Positions 37,837 through 49,429 of a stretch of 64,000 bases of DNA are shown here, in pieces (positions within the stretch are counted from its first letter, which is position 1; each line of letters begins with the position of its first letter). The stretch covers positions 62,001-126,000 of the forward strand of contig ADNK01000029.1 of NCBI GenBank assembly GCA_000320545.1, in the 5' to 3' direction. A program made the position numbers and the translations under genes. The notes under the pieces are model-generated. The model ran no database searches. It was not told the DNA's origin and worked only from the letters and a program-made list of their open reading frames with translations. The stretch is from Bigelowiella natans CCMP2755. Lineage: Eukaryota; Protista; Cercozoa.

Positions 37837-40222
37837 ATGGCAAAAGTGCCTTACTTTAGCTTTGATGACACTCTTTCCGTTGAAGACCGGGGATCGTCGT
37901 CTCCCGCCAATGGGAGGAACAACATGACCACTGCGATCTCAACGGACTCAACACAATCAATTGAAGTAGCTAGCCACCACAACCATCTTTCGGAGTACCC
38001 TCTCTCCTCTTATCAAGATGCCGTCTCAGCTGGCGTGCAGGCCCGCAGCATCATTTTCGTAGGAAGCGTATCAGATCCTCCGAAGAGAAAAGGTAAGCAC
38101 GTATCAATGAACTGAACAAGGGAGGAGATCGACTAAAAATTCAACTCATGATTATAATGGATTGTCCCATCTCCTATGACTCTGAAAAGCGAGGCCACAA
38201 TGGCAGAAATAGCCCTCGTGGTGTTCCCAGAATCATCCTCGTTTTTGCTCACAACTTTCTCAGGGCTCGCATCCCAGCTGGCATCGGCAACATGTAGCTG
38301 GCAGGCAGCAACCTTGATTCTTTGGATTCTTGCATTTGCAGGATTCGGAACTCTTTACAGCTCCTACAGCTCAAATTGGCGTACGCATATTCCACCAACG
38401 ATCAAAGAGCCTGTGGGGCGAAGCGCTGTGCCCACTCGGCCGTTGTCATCATCATCATCATCATCATCATCTCATCATCATAGTAGAATGCATCATCTTG
38501 GAAACAGCAACCCATCATCGATGACCACTACTAAAAGTGATAGGCATGAGCAGAAAGTGTTGGGCGAGGACTGCGAGCCGTTGCCTCTTTGGACGTTCTA
38601 TTCGTCCGTTGCTATGTTGGGATTATTGGCTCTTTCTCTCTTGCTCATGTGCTGTGAAAACGCCAATATTGGAGGTGAGTTGATGCCTGGACGACACAGC
38701 TCGATGTTAGTCCGGTTAGGACGAAAGTTTATTGTTACGCTACTGTTTTTTTGATCCATCGGTCGTCTGTTCCAAGGGAGTATCCATCACTATCATCACC
38801 ACTAAAAGACTAACAATAAACTTCCTCCTCGCAGGTGAGATTATCTCGATATGGTTGATCGGTGGCAGCCACTGTTTGGTGTTGCTGGGTCTATGTGCTG
38901 GCTTCGTATGGGTGTGCGTGGTAGGCTGGGTGTGGTTGCTGTCGACCCCTGTAACTTGCGGCCCGGCTTTATGGGAGCGCACGGTGCTGCTATTACCCTT
39001 CCTCTCCATCCTTTTTTGTGTCATGTTCCTCGTGCGCGTGGCCTACATGCTCGACTCGTCGGATGGCGGCGGTGGCGGCGGCGACACGATTGTCCGAGAC
39101 GGCAGTGCTGCTCAGTGGGATTATGCTGAGGCCGCCACGGCTATTTCACACCCGCCGAACAGAAGCGATCGCTATAATGAGGGTGGATGCTGTTCCTCCA
39201 TAATAGCGTCCTTTCTTGATTGCTTCTTCCTTTCGCACTACTTTGCGAACAACAGAAGGGAGGGAGAGCGGCTGCCTCTTTATGGATTGAGCGTCGAGGA
39301 TGAGGTGGCGAAGACCACTGCGGACCACGACGAGAAGCATGTTCCGGCATCCTCGTTGATCTCTATGACGCCAAGGGCCAAAAGCAGCACAAGTAAGCTG
39401 TCTATGCAGCAAATTGCAGACGTTGTAAAAAGGAGGTGGGATCAGTGTCGATACCTTGACCGCATCCGCAGCGGGAAAAAGAAGAATGCGGAGAAGAATG
39501 ATGCACGCCATGAGGGTGTTAGCATCACCAGCAGCAGCTGGATTAGTAGCAGACGTGAACACTGCGACGACGACGGCGACAACGACGGCAGCAGTCTCCC
39601 ATTTGAGCGTGAAGGCCATCATTATTTCAAGAATTATGGGGAGGCCAATGAAGAAGAGGATGAGGAGAGAGGCAATGAGGAGGAGATAAAGGGAGGGAAT
39701 AGGGAGGAGAAAGTTGATAAAGAGGAGGACGTGGAGCTCGGAATACGTTTCAAAGAATTTTCGGAACATTTTGCTGGATTCTTCGACGAGATCGGCACTA
39801 AAATGGGCCACCGATTATTCAACTCGCTTGCGGATGTCAATGGGCGACTCTCCCTTTCCAAGTTGCAGAATGGAATCTATCGCTGGGGACAAGGGAGCAT
39901 GCGCGACAAGTTGACTCTGCTCTTCGACATGTGGGACCTGAATCGTAATGGTAAGCTGGACAGGGAAGAGATCCATGACATGATGAACGTCCTAACAAAG
40001 AGCTCTGGAACGACGTTTCTCTCGGCTGCGCTCCATCTCGGCAACGCAGACACGACCAGAGATGAGATTAGGGAGCGCATGGACGCGATTTTGGAAAGAT
40101 TCGAGGCGTCACTCGACAGCAACAGCGACGATGCGATCAAGCTCGATGACTGGCTCAGATTTGCAGAAGGAGACGAAGACATACACCGCTTTCTCGAGCG
40201 CTTCACCGTTAGGTCATTTTAG
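37837..40222 (+). CDS. Multi-pass membrane protein with C-terminal EF-hands (calcineurin-B/NCS-like), ~695 aa
   Basis: Exons 37837-38092, 38231-38674 and 38835-40222 with phase 1 junctions. Several hydrophobic segments. EF-hand loops DVNGRLS, KLTLLFDMWDLNRNGKLDREE and DSNSDDAIKLDDW. Confidence 0.75.
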
Positions 40223-40317
40223 ATTGCATGGCAAATCACAAAGATGGAAAATTTGCCATGTTCTCATCTGATGATTGTCCCAACTTGGAGTAGTAACAAC
40301 ATGACAAAATGAACGTA

Positions 40318-40921
40318 AACAGAAAATGTCGCCCTTGGTTCCTTGCGATTCATTGTCAACAAACCCTAGCGTTTGACAGCACCTGTTTTGCCACACCTGT
40401 CGTGTCGTGCTAGAGATTGACAGGACCACTACTTTCCAGTTCACAGAGCACGCGTTCGAGCGTGTCTGCCACATGTTGCTTTCAACCTGGAGAAAGGTGC
40501 GCACGCTTGCACGATGCACACTGCCACGCGATGGATGCATGCCCCGCGAATTCTGGCAATTTGACTGCCGTCTTGGACCATCCTAGCATGTTGTTGCATG
40601 AACAAAGATCTGTCTTCAGCTCTGCTCTCGGAAAATGACTTGCTGAGCTGTGCTGCCCAGCTGTCCTTTTCATTCGCAAGTGCTAGCGCTAGTGGTGGCC
40701 TCTTTGGCTGCACAGTTGTCAAAGCGCACCGATTTTGCTGCAATCATTTTGCACGGCCAGCACCAACGACACGCAAAATCATCCACCTTTGTGGATGACA
40801 TGTGGATAATCATGATCTTCTCCAAACACATCATGGCCAAGCAAACTAGAACACCAAGATTGCGCAACGTGCATTGCAAACAGGTTGTCAATGTGAACTA
40901 GCGCAGCGCCACAGAAATTGG
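40318..40921. other. TpA-depleted intergenic island 4 (weaker depletion continues to ~41260)
   Basis: Nine TpA in 604 bp, seven of them in CTAG. Confidence 0.88.
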
Positions 40922-41067
40922 TACAACCGATGTGCACATTTCTCGCATGAAAAGAAATCCTCAAAATCATGCATTGCAACGTGGTGGTGAAGCAACTGGA
41001 GAATGCTCAACACCTATGCATGGCTGAACACAATCGACAAAATGAAATGTGACTGACACAGGTACTC

Positions 41068-41116
41068 AAGGATGACCATTGAACAGATTCAAATGATTCA
41101 TCACATCCGTCTTGCA
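41068..41116 (+). repeat. Degenerate copy of the MITE-like terminal repeat at 29-203
   Basis: aaggatgaccattgaacagattcaaatgattcatcacatccgtcttgca versus aaggatgaccattgaacaaatttaattgatcattacttccgtcttaca. Confidence 0.75.
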
Positions 41117-41809
41117 CATTGCACAAAACATCACTGCGTCCAAAATTTAATGAACGTGCATGGTTGTCTCCTTCATTTGCTCACCATGTGCTACGACAGC
41201 TTCACATGGTCTACTGACATGTGCACCAACTAACACAGCGCATCATCAGATGAGTTTGTAACAATTGACTTGTGTTCATTTGCCTCGTAGATTCTAGTGA
41301 GCAGTGTAAGTTGATGAGCAAATAGCTGCGTTTGGGTGGGCAATGAGTCCAGGTTCATCCAAGACAGAATCCTCTCTAGGTTCATCACTCTCACTAATGC
41401 TGTAGTGGCCGGGGAAATAAGCTGTAGTTGACGTCGTCAGGGTGTTTGCTTTGTATGTTGGGCTACTGAAATCGACATTAAGATTGCGATGTCCTGTCGT
41501 GTATCATTTGTTTGTCAATGTACTAATAGGCGACGTATACGGTGCACTGCTGCTGCAATGCGGTGCGCAATAAGCAGGGATTGAGCTGACATGAAAATCG
41601 CCCTAATTTAAAAGTAGCGAACGTGCAAAATGTAGTTTGATGCTATGCATAGCGCTAAAATGAAGCAAAGTTCTTGCCTATGTGAGACAATGATGACAGT
41701 AAGTTACAATTATTACAGGCTATACATGCTTTGTTGAACTCTAATTTTGCTTCAACGAGACCAACTTTTCATTGATATTTTGAGCAATTATCATTGATAT
41801 TTTGCTCAA

Positions 41810-42525
41810 TTATCCCCCGCTAAGCTTACTTTCTAAGTCTGCTACGCGACGCTCTAACGCCTTGTTTTGAGCGGCTAAGTCCGCATCTTCACCCTCGATT
41901 TCATTAACCACGTTCTTCGCATATTCTGCATATCGCATCGAGTCCATACTTTCTTGTCGGTTGTGCGAAGCCGGCCCAATGTTGACAAACATGAGAGTCT
42001 TTGCACCTCCCCCGATGGAGTCTTGGAGAATCTCTGTGAGGAAGTTTCCACGGTACTGTGGCTTTTGTTTCTTATCACCCGAGGAGAGGACGAGGAATAA
42101 GTTACGAAGCATACCAAGACTCTGGTTAATCGCTACACCCTCGGCGATCATCGCCTCACGCTGCTTCTTATCCAAGTCCTCGGACATAGCCGTCTTTTCA
42201 GCCTTCTCGGAACCGGCCAAGTCAACCAGCGTAAGCTTACCATTGATGACCTTCTTAGTTTTTTTGTTCTCGGTGCGAATATGTACGATCGTGATCAAGT
42301 GAGACCGAGAACTTTCGTCGTTGAGACCGGTTGCGCGTGTGAAGCGACATTGCTCTGCGCTAGTGCACTCCTCATACATATCCTCGTATGTAGTGAACCG
42401 CCGTTCCTTGGCTGCTTTTATGAATGTCTTCTTCTTTTTCTTCCCCGTCGTGATGACCTGAAACGAGGGATGAGTGGTGTGTGAGGTTGTTATCTTCGAT
42501 TTGCTCTTACTATTTCTCCTCCACA

Positions 42526-42570
<45 letters not shown>

Positions 42571-45500
42571 ACACACGCCATACCAGATATTTTACTCCAA
42601 CTGCTACACTACCTTAAGTTCTGCTCCTTTGTATTCCGGAAACTTCGTGGGCGCCTTACTGCTAACCTTCTTCTTGCTCTTCGCATTCTCTTCACTCAAG
42701 TACCACCTGACATAATGATTACCATGTTATTACTAATCATGATGGTGGTAGAGATATATGAGTCTGTCAGCGTAAGTGCTCGAATGAAAACGTGTATTTC
42801 TTTCGCCAAGATGTGGAGGCTGCTTACAGGTCACGGAGCTGCTGCTTTTTCTTCTGTCCATAAATCTCGATCATCTGAACCCTGAACTCGTAGTCGAACA
42901 CCGCCTTTTGGTCTTCCTTGACTTTGAATAGTTCTCGGAACATACGAGGTTTGATTCCCTCATTTACCGGGTCACCCTTGATACCTGACATCGTCCACGT
43001 CTTTCCGGTACCTAATGAGGAGGAGAACAACAGGGAACAACAGGTAAACACTCTGTCAGTTTGATGAAGACCAGGATGCGCTTTGTGTGCCGGGGAGAAG
43101 AGAGGCCGTCACTAATGGAGTGCTCGCAGTTGCGAAGTGATTTTTTTAAAAAATACCATACGTTGCGAGGCAACGCATTTTGGTGGTCATATGTGCATAC
43201 TGTTATAGCCCACCTGACTGTCCGTAGGCAAAAATACAAGTATTCTGCCCGCTCATAGCAACTTCAGCGTAGAGCTTGGTCTCGTCGAAGACCGCCGACT
43301 GATTACCCTTTTCTGCTGGGAAATTAGGGAAGACATGGTCGAATGAATAGTCCTTCCAATCATCGCTAATTGCTCCAGAGAGGTCCTTCTTTGGATCGTT
43401 TAGCTGTAACGTCCAGTCATTAATTCCTGTTCGTATGCACCCTATAGCATTCATCTCCTTTTCCTTCCTGCTGAAGGGCCTCACGCGACAGAAGACGCGG
43501 ATGTTCCCCTTATAGTTCATTAACTCGATCTGCAGTTTCTTACGCATCTGCGCTTCTTCGAGCACAGCTTTTGCGTTATGGTTAGCAAGGTCTTCCCACT
43601 TCTTGGACGTGGTTTTCCACTCTTCAATTGTGGCTTTGTGGGTTTCGATCTCACCTTCAAGCTTCTTTCCTTCAGCAATGAGCTGGTCGCAGCGCTCAAA
43701 TGTTTCTTTGCTCTCTTTTTTCAGCTTAGCCAAAGCTGCTTCTACACCCTTCTTCTCAGATTCTGTTGTCTGCAGCGTTTGCGTTGTTTCGTTGAGCTTA
43801 GCCTCCAGAGCCTTCTTTTCCTCTCCCAAGGAACCTTGGGCTTTTTGAGCGGCTTCCTCTGCTGCCTTCATTTCTTCCCTGAGTTTCTGCATAGCTTCTT
43901 CTTTGGTCTGAATGTCGGCAGCGTGTTTGTCCTCCGCGTTCTTCACTGCAACAGCGTGTTCTTCACTTAATTGCTTCATCTTCCCTTCGAACATTGATTT
44001 TGAGTCCTTTGTGGCCGCCTCGAAGGCCTCATTCGCCTCTTTCAGCTTGCCCTCGAGTGTGGAGATTGCCTGTTTGGCCGCTTCTTCCTTCTCCTCAGCT
44101 TTCTTCTCTTTTTCAGCAGCATCCTTTTCGCCCTCCTCAAGTTGCTGCTTCAACTGAGCGCTCTGTTGCTTAAGCTCCACAATCTGCGATTGCATCTTAG
44201 CAGCACCCTCTCCACTGCTGTTCTTGAGACTTTCCACTGACTCCTCTAGAATTTTCACTTTGTCCTCCAACGTCTTCTTCTCACTCTCCAAACCTTTGTT
44301 TGTGTCTTTGAGTGTCTTCAGTTCGGCCTCAAGCTCAGCATTGTTGCTATCGTCAGACGAAACGGCTGAGGCGGCTGAGGCGGCTGTGGGAGCAGGAGCA
44401 GCAGAGGCGGCGGTTGCGTTTGTTTTGACCTCATCCAATTCCTTCTGAAGACTGTGGACCTGCGTCTTTAACTTCTTCACCTCACCAGAGTCATTGTCCG
44501 AGGGTTTCGCAAGTTCTTGTTGGAGTTCTTTCACCTGGGTGCGCAGTCTTTCGACTTCAGCAGTTGAAGCAGCGTTGGCTACCTGTGGTTTGCTACTCCC
44601 ATTCTTTTTCGCGTCAGCCAGCTGGGCTTTAAGTTTCTTAATCTGAGACTGAAGCGCCTTCACCTGAGAGGGATGTTTGCTGACTTGCTGCTTGAGACTA
44701 TCCACTTGACGTTTTAATCCTTGGACCTGATATTTCCACACAGAGAAGGAATGTATGTTGTAAGAGGTATAATGAGTGCTTGTATCTAAGGAGGGGCAGC
44801 AACCATATCGTTATGAACATAGGAAGACAACTGACCTCTGCATTCGTATCAGAATCGCTAACAGTAGTGATGGGCTTAGGAGCTGGCTTGACCTCGCCCC
44901 CTTTGGCCTTAATCTCTTCTTGCAACTGTCCAACGTACGCCTCCTTTGATTTTAGCTCAGCAGCAAGCTCCTGGATCCTTGAGTTCAGCTTTTGCATCTC
45001 CTCGGTATCGGCTACAGCTGCTGAAGCCGCGGACGATGAGGATGTTGCTGCTGTCTCCAGCGACTCAACTTTAGCACGAAGCTGCTTAATCTCAACCTGG
45101 ATCAATCGCGATAACAATTCAGCTTGGGATATGTGAAGGCACACGCACTTTTGCAGCAGGCGCATAATGCATACAAACACGCATGTTCTCAAGAAGATTT
45201 GCGCGCAAAGATGCAATCACCAACACCACTATCATCATTACCTCTGCCTTGACGCTTTCCTTCGCCATGGACTCTGCATGCTTGGCTTTGGATTCAGCAC
45301 TTGATAGTTTCGCTTGTGTGTCGGAATACTTGGTTTTGATCTGTCTCAATTCGTCCTGGAGAGAGGTCACTTTCTGTTCGGAGTCTTTGAGGGCTGATTG
45401 CGACTCAGCAACTTCCTTTTGCATTCGTTTCACCTCATTCTCTTGCTCGTCAAGCTTGGCCTTGAGCTTTTGAACCTGTTCGGGGTCGATCTTTGCCTTA

Positions 45501-47029
45501 AGATTAAGTATTTCGACCCGTTTCTCCTCTATCGTCGTGTTTGCTGTATCAAGTTTCTTCTGAACTTTTTCGATATCGCCCTTCATGCTCATAATCTTGA
45601 GACTCTCGTCTTGGATTTGGCGGAGCATCTTTTTCTTCTCCAACTCAAGCTCTCGAACCTTATCCTTCTCAGCGAGTAAGAGACCAGCTAGTGGATTCTT
45701 CTTTGCCTGTCCAGCGTTGTCTTCGGAAGGAGGCGCACTATTGTTCTTTACTATTTCCTTCGTCGATTCTAGTTTCTTCTTAAGATCCGATTCCTGGTTA
45801 GCCAAGGTCTTTTCAGCCTCCGCCTGGCGTTTCTTAGCTTGTTGGGCGGCAACCTTGGATTCCTTCAGCTTCTCTCTCACCTCCTTATGTGACTTTTTAA
45901 GTACCACAAGGTCCTTCTCGCGAGCCTTAATCTGCTTCAATAGCTCCTTCTTTTCAGCGTCATCGCCGTCTTCGTCCATAGCCTTCACACGCTTTTTCAT
46001 CTCAGCCCATTCTTTTTTCTTTTGGGTGAACTCTTCCTTGAATTTTTCTCGCTGTTGAGTTAGAATCTTTTGAGCTTCCATGTTAGCCTTTCGTTCCAGT
46101 TGTAGCTCTTCCTTATGCTGTTTCAGCTGCGCCTGTAACTCTTGTTTTTGGCGCTCAAGGGCTCGGACCTTCTGCTTAGCATCTGATACTTCGGTATCAA
46201 CACCTTGTGTTGCGTCCATTACTGCCTGTATGTCTTCCATTCTCTTTATAGCGCTGTCTTTCTCATCTTTAAGGTTTTGAACCTTACTCTCAAGAGACTT
46301 CAATTTGCCCTCTGCGGCATCCTTCGCCTTTTTGGTGTCTAGAAGCTCCCTTTTCTTCTCATCGACCTTGAGGGACACCATGTGGATCTTCTCTTCGTAG
46401 CTCTTATATTTGAATTCTGCCATACGTACCTTCTCCTCTGCTGCATCCAGAAGCTTCTGCTTTGAAGAAACCTGTTCACTTTTTTCACCAATGATTTTGG
46501 CTTGGTCAGAAATCTTATCGGATTGCTTGGCAATCTTATCCTTCTGCTCGCTGATGGTGCGCTCATCTTCAACAGAACGCTTATATTCTACTTTAGGCTT
46601 GGCGGATTTAAATTCCTCCACTTGTTGCTCGAGCATGCGTTTGGAGAACAGAAGCTCCTCACGCTCCTTAATCCAACTCTGCGGGATATTAACCTCAGCT
46701 TCACCATCGTTGGCCGAAGATGACGAGGCAGCAGCAAAGTTAGAGGTCTTTGAGAGGGTCTTCTGCTGGTCAAGCTCGATCTCAAGACGTACAATCTTCT
46801 CCTTGAGCTCTTTCTGTGCTGCCTTCAGAGCTTCGTCTTTTTCATCACTGAGCGTGCGTTTCTCCATCTCCTTCTCATCAACCTTTTTCCTAAGCTTTTT
46901 CTCAGCAGTTTCTCTCTCGGCGTCTTTTTCTTTGATGATTTTTGCTATTTCTTTCTCATGTAGCTTTTTCGCATTGTCGAGTTTCTGTTGACCCTCATTA
47001 AGACCCTTCTCCATATTCTTCAAATACCT

Positions 47030-47113
<84 letters not shown>

Positions 47114-48872
47114 GTGTGTGTGTGTGTATTGCTACTATATTATTTCTTGCTAGGATGCTAGTGGGCACATAGATCTCGAATGGAACAGTTGTTGCATGAC
47201 GAGTCATTCATTCATAAAACATTTTGAAATTCTCCATACGATGAGTTCTTCTCCTGTATTTGCTTCTCATAAAAAGAAACTTTTTCCTCGAAGTTCTTCT
47301 TCCCCTCTGCAACTTTGCTGTCCAGTTCCTTCTGTTTTTCGTCAATCTGCTGCTGCTTCTTTTCCAAAGCTTTGTTATGCTCCGTTTCCTTCAGCCGCAA
47401 ATTGACTTTGAAGTTGTTTCGGATATTTGTGAGGTTGTCATTGTATTCTTCTTCCTGCTCTCGACGTTTTTTCTCATATTCCTTTTGCTTTTTGTCTACG
47501 AAAGCCTTATGCTCGCTGTCCTTGGTCTCGAGCCGTCCGTCATAATCTTGCTTCATTAATTTGATTTTTTTCTCGTATTCAGCAATCCTGATGAGAAACA
47601 GAATGAGAGAAAACAAAGGGTGGTCAAAAGACCGACGAATTCTAGCAATAGGTAGAGGTTGAGAACAACAATTGAACTCGACGCGAAGATAAAATGGAAA
47701 TGGCATCACAAAAATGAGTAGCGACAGTTTAGTACGGCCAGAGAAGGGTGGGGTGCAGGAAAGAAGTAGGGAACATGTTAATAACGATGGAAAATTGGAG
47801 CATTATCCTATGTTATTGCCCTTCTGTATTTTCTTCCAAAGCAAAACTACTAGCTATACCAACCCCTGCTTCCATTTTTGCCGCAGCGATTCCATCATTG
47901 TCGTAAGTTCCTTTCTTATCTCTTTTTCATTGACTTTTGCGCGTTTGTCCATTTGCTTTAACTCCGATATGTAGTCATCATTTAGTTTCTGATGAGATTG
48001 AAAAGAGAAGCCATTAATGATTTTGATTGTGTTAACTTAATATTTATCTATGTTAGAGTCACTAGTGTTCCGTAGTGAAAATACTATTTTAACGTTTTTT
48101 GCAATCTGGAGAACACGCAATATCCCCTTCCTCTGTGTGTTCTATTTTTTTAATGCTACTACCTTTATTTCTCCTTCCTTCTTTTCAGCGAGACTTTTTC
48201 TCATTTCTTCTGCCTCCTTCAGCTGCTGTTTTCTCAGAGCTTCCTCGGCCTATGATTTATTTATGTCAATTTTTAGTGTCTTAGATTATTTGTGCTGCAA
48301 TGACACCTATTTGTCTTTACCCACCTCTCTAGTCTGCTCCATTTCCAATTTCTGTTGTTCGATAAGGGCTTTCAATTCGACTATTTTTTTACGAGCTCCA
48401 TCTAAAAATTAGAATAACGTTTGAATTATTAGTAATTAATCATTAGGATGAAATGACCCAAGCAAATCATATTTTCTTTGTCACGCCGTAATTCTCTTCT
48501 ATTGAGGTAAATATCTTCGCACATTTCTCTTCTCCTTATTCTCCTTACTATTACAAAGGTTTTTTAAACACGGTCACCTTTAACTGCCTGAATTCTAGAG
48601 TTGTCCTCCTTTCGGATTTGCTGCAACGTTAAATCGTGCTTCTGCTTAAGCGACTTGATGATATTTAAGTGCTCCTGCTTCTGCACGTCCATCTGCTCGC
48701 CCATCGCGACTATCTTTTTTCGCGCCACAAGGAATGGAATGTAATGGACCTCCCCATCCTCTGTCCATTCTTCTGCCTTCCGTGGCTTTCCGACAAGTCT
48801 CCCATGCGTTGACTTCTGCTGCTGCATGTCCATCACGTCTGACTTCAGTGGAGAGACCTTCCCAGATGGCAT
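41810..48872 (-). CDS. Kinesin-14 (C-terminal motor) with very long coiled-coil tail
   Basis: Neck and motor start RKKLQIELMNYKGNIRVFCRVRP. P-loop IFAYGQSG/TGKTWTM is split by intron 43012-43213. Switch I NDESSRSH, switch II LTLVDLAGSE, and LQDSIGGGAKTLMFVNIGP. Upstream coiled-coil exons include 47027-45242, 45096-44836 and 44726-43214. Likely ATG at 48872. Confidence 0.9.
47030..47127. repeat. Compound (CA)n(TA)n(TG)n microsatellite at the 3' end of a kinesin intron
   Basis: Direct read. The array abuts the AG acceptor at ~47028-47029. Confidence 0.95.
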
Positions 48873-49429
48873 AGTGGATATCTTCTCTAGATCAGGACTG
48901 AAAACCGTGTAGTGAGGCCGAAAGTCACTTTCTAGAGATCCAACTCCCTATCAAACAGCACAAACGGTAAGCATTTAACGAGGATGTGAACTCTTGGAGC
49001 AATACTGTAAGGGAGAAAATGACAATCTAGTGAGTTTTCCGATAGGAATATTAGATGTACCACCTCCCCAGCCTTATTGCTCTCTCAGTAATCGCCAAGG
49101 AGGGTTGAAACGCAGAGTGTTCGACGTTCACTTCGAATACATGCAACGATTTTTAGATTAAGACTTACATATTTTATTGCAGTTACGAACAACGGAGAAT
49201 AACTATAGCGACAACCATATTTGCTAATTTACATCAAAAACCACCATTGTTTCCATGTCGTCTGGAATTTGACAATTTTAAAAAACAACAATGCAGCTTT
49301 CGCCAACCAGATCCATGTTCGCCATCACACGTTTCTTTGTCACAAGCAGCCTTTTGGGGCGTAACATTGCAGTATTGGCCTGAGATGTCAGTCATCCCAA
49401 GCTTGCTTTGGAACAGGCTTGTATCTGAA

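Noticed and set aside
41770-41813. ~22-bp imperfect tandem repeat at the kinesin stop codon
   Set aside because: Too short to assign a function; likely local slippage.
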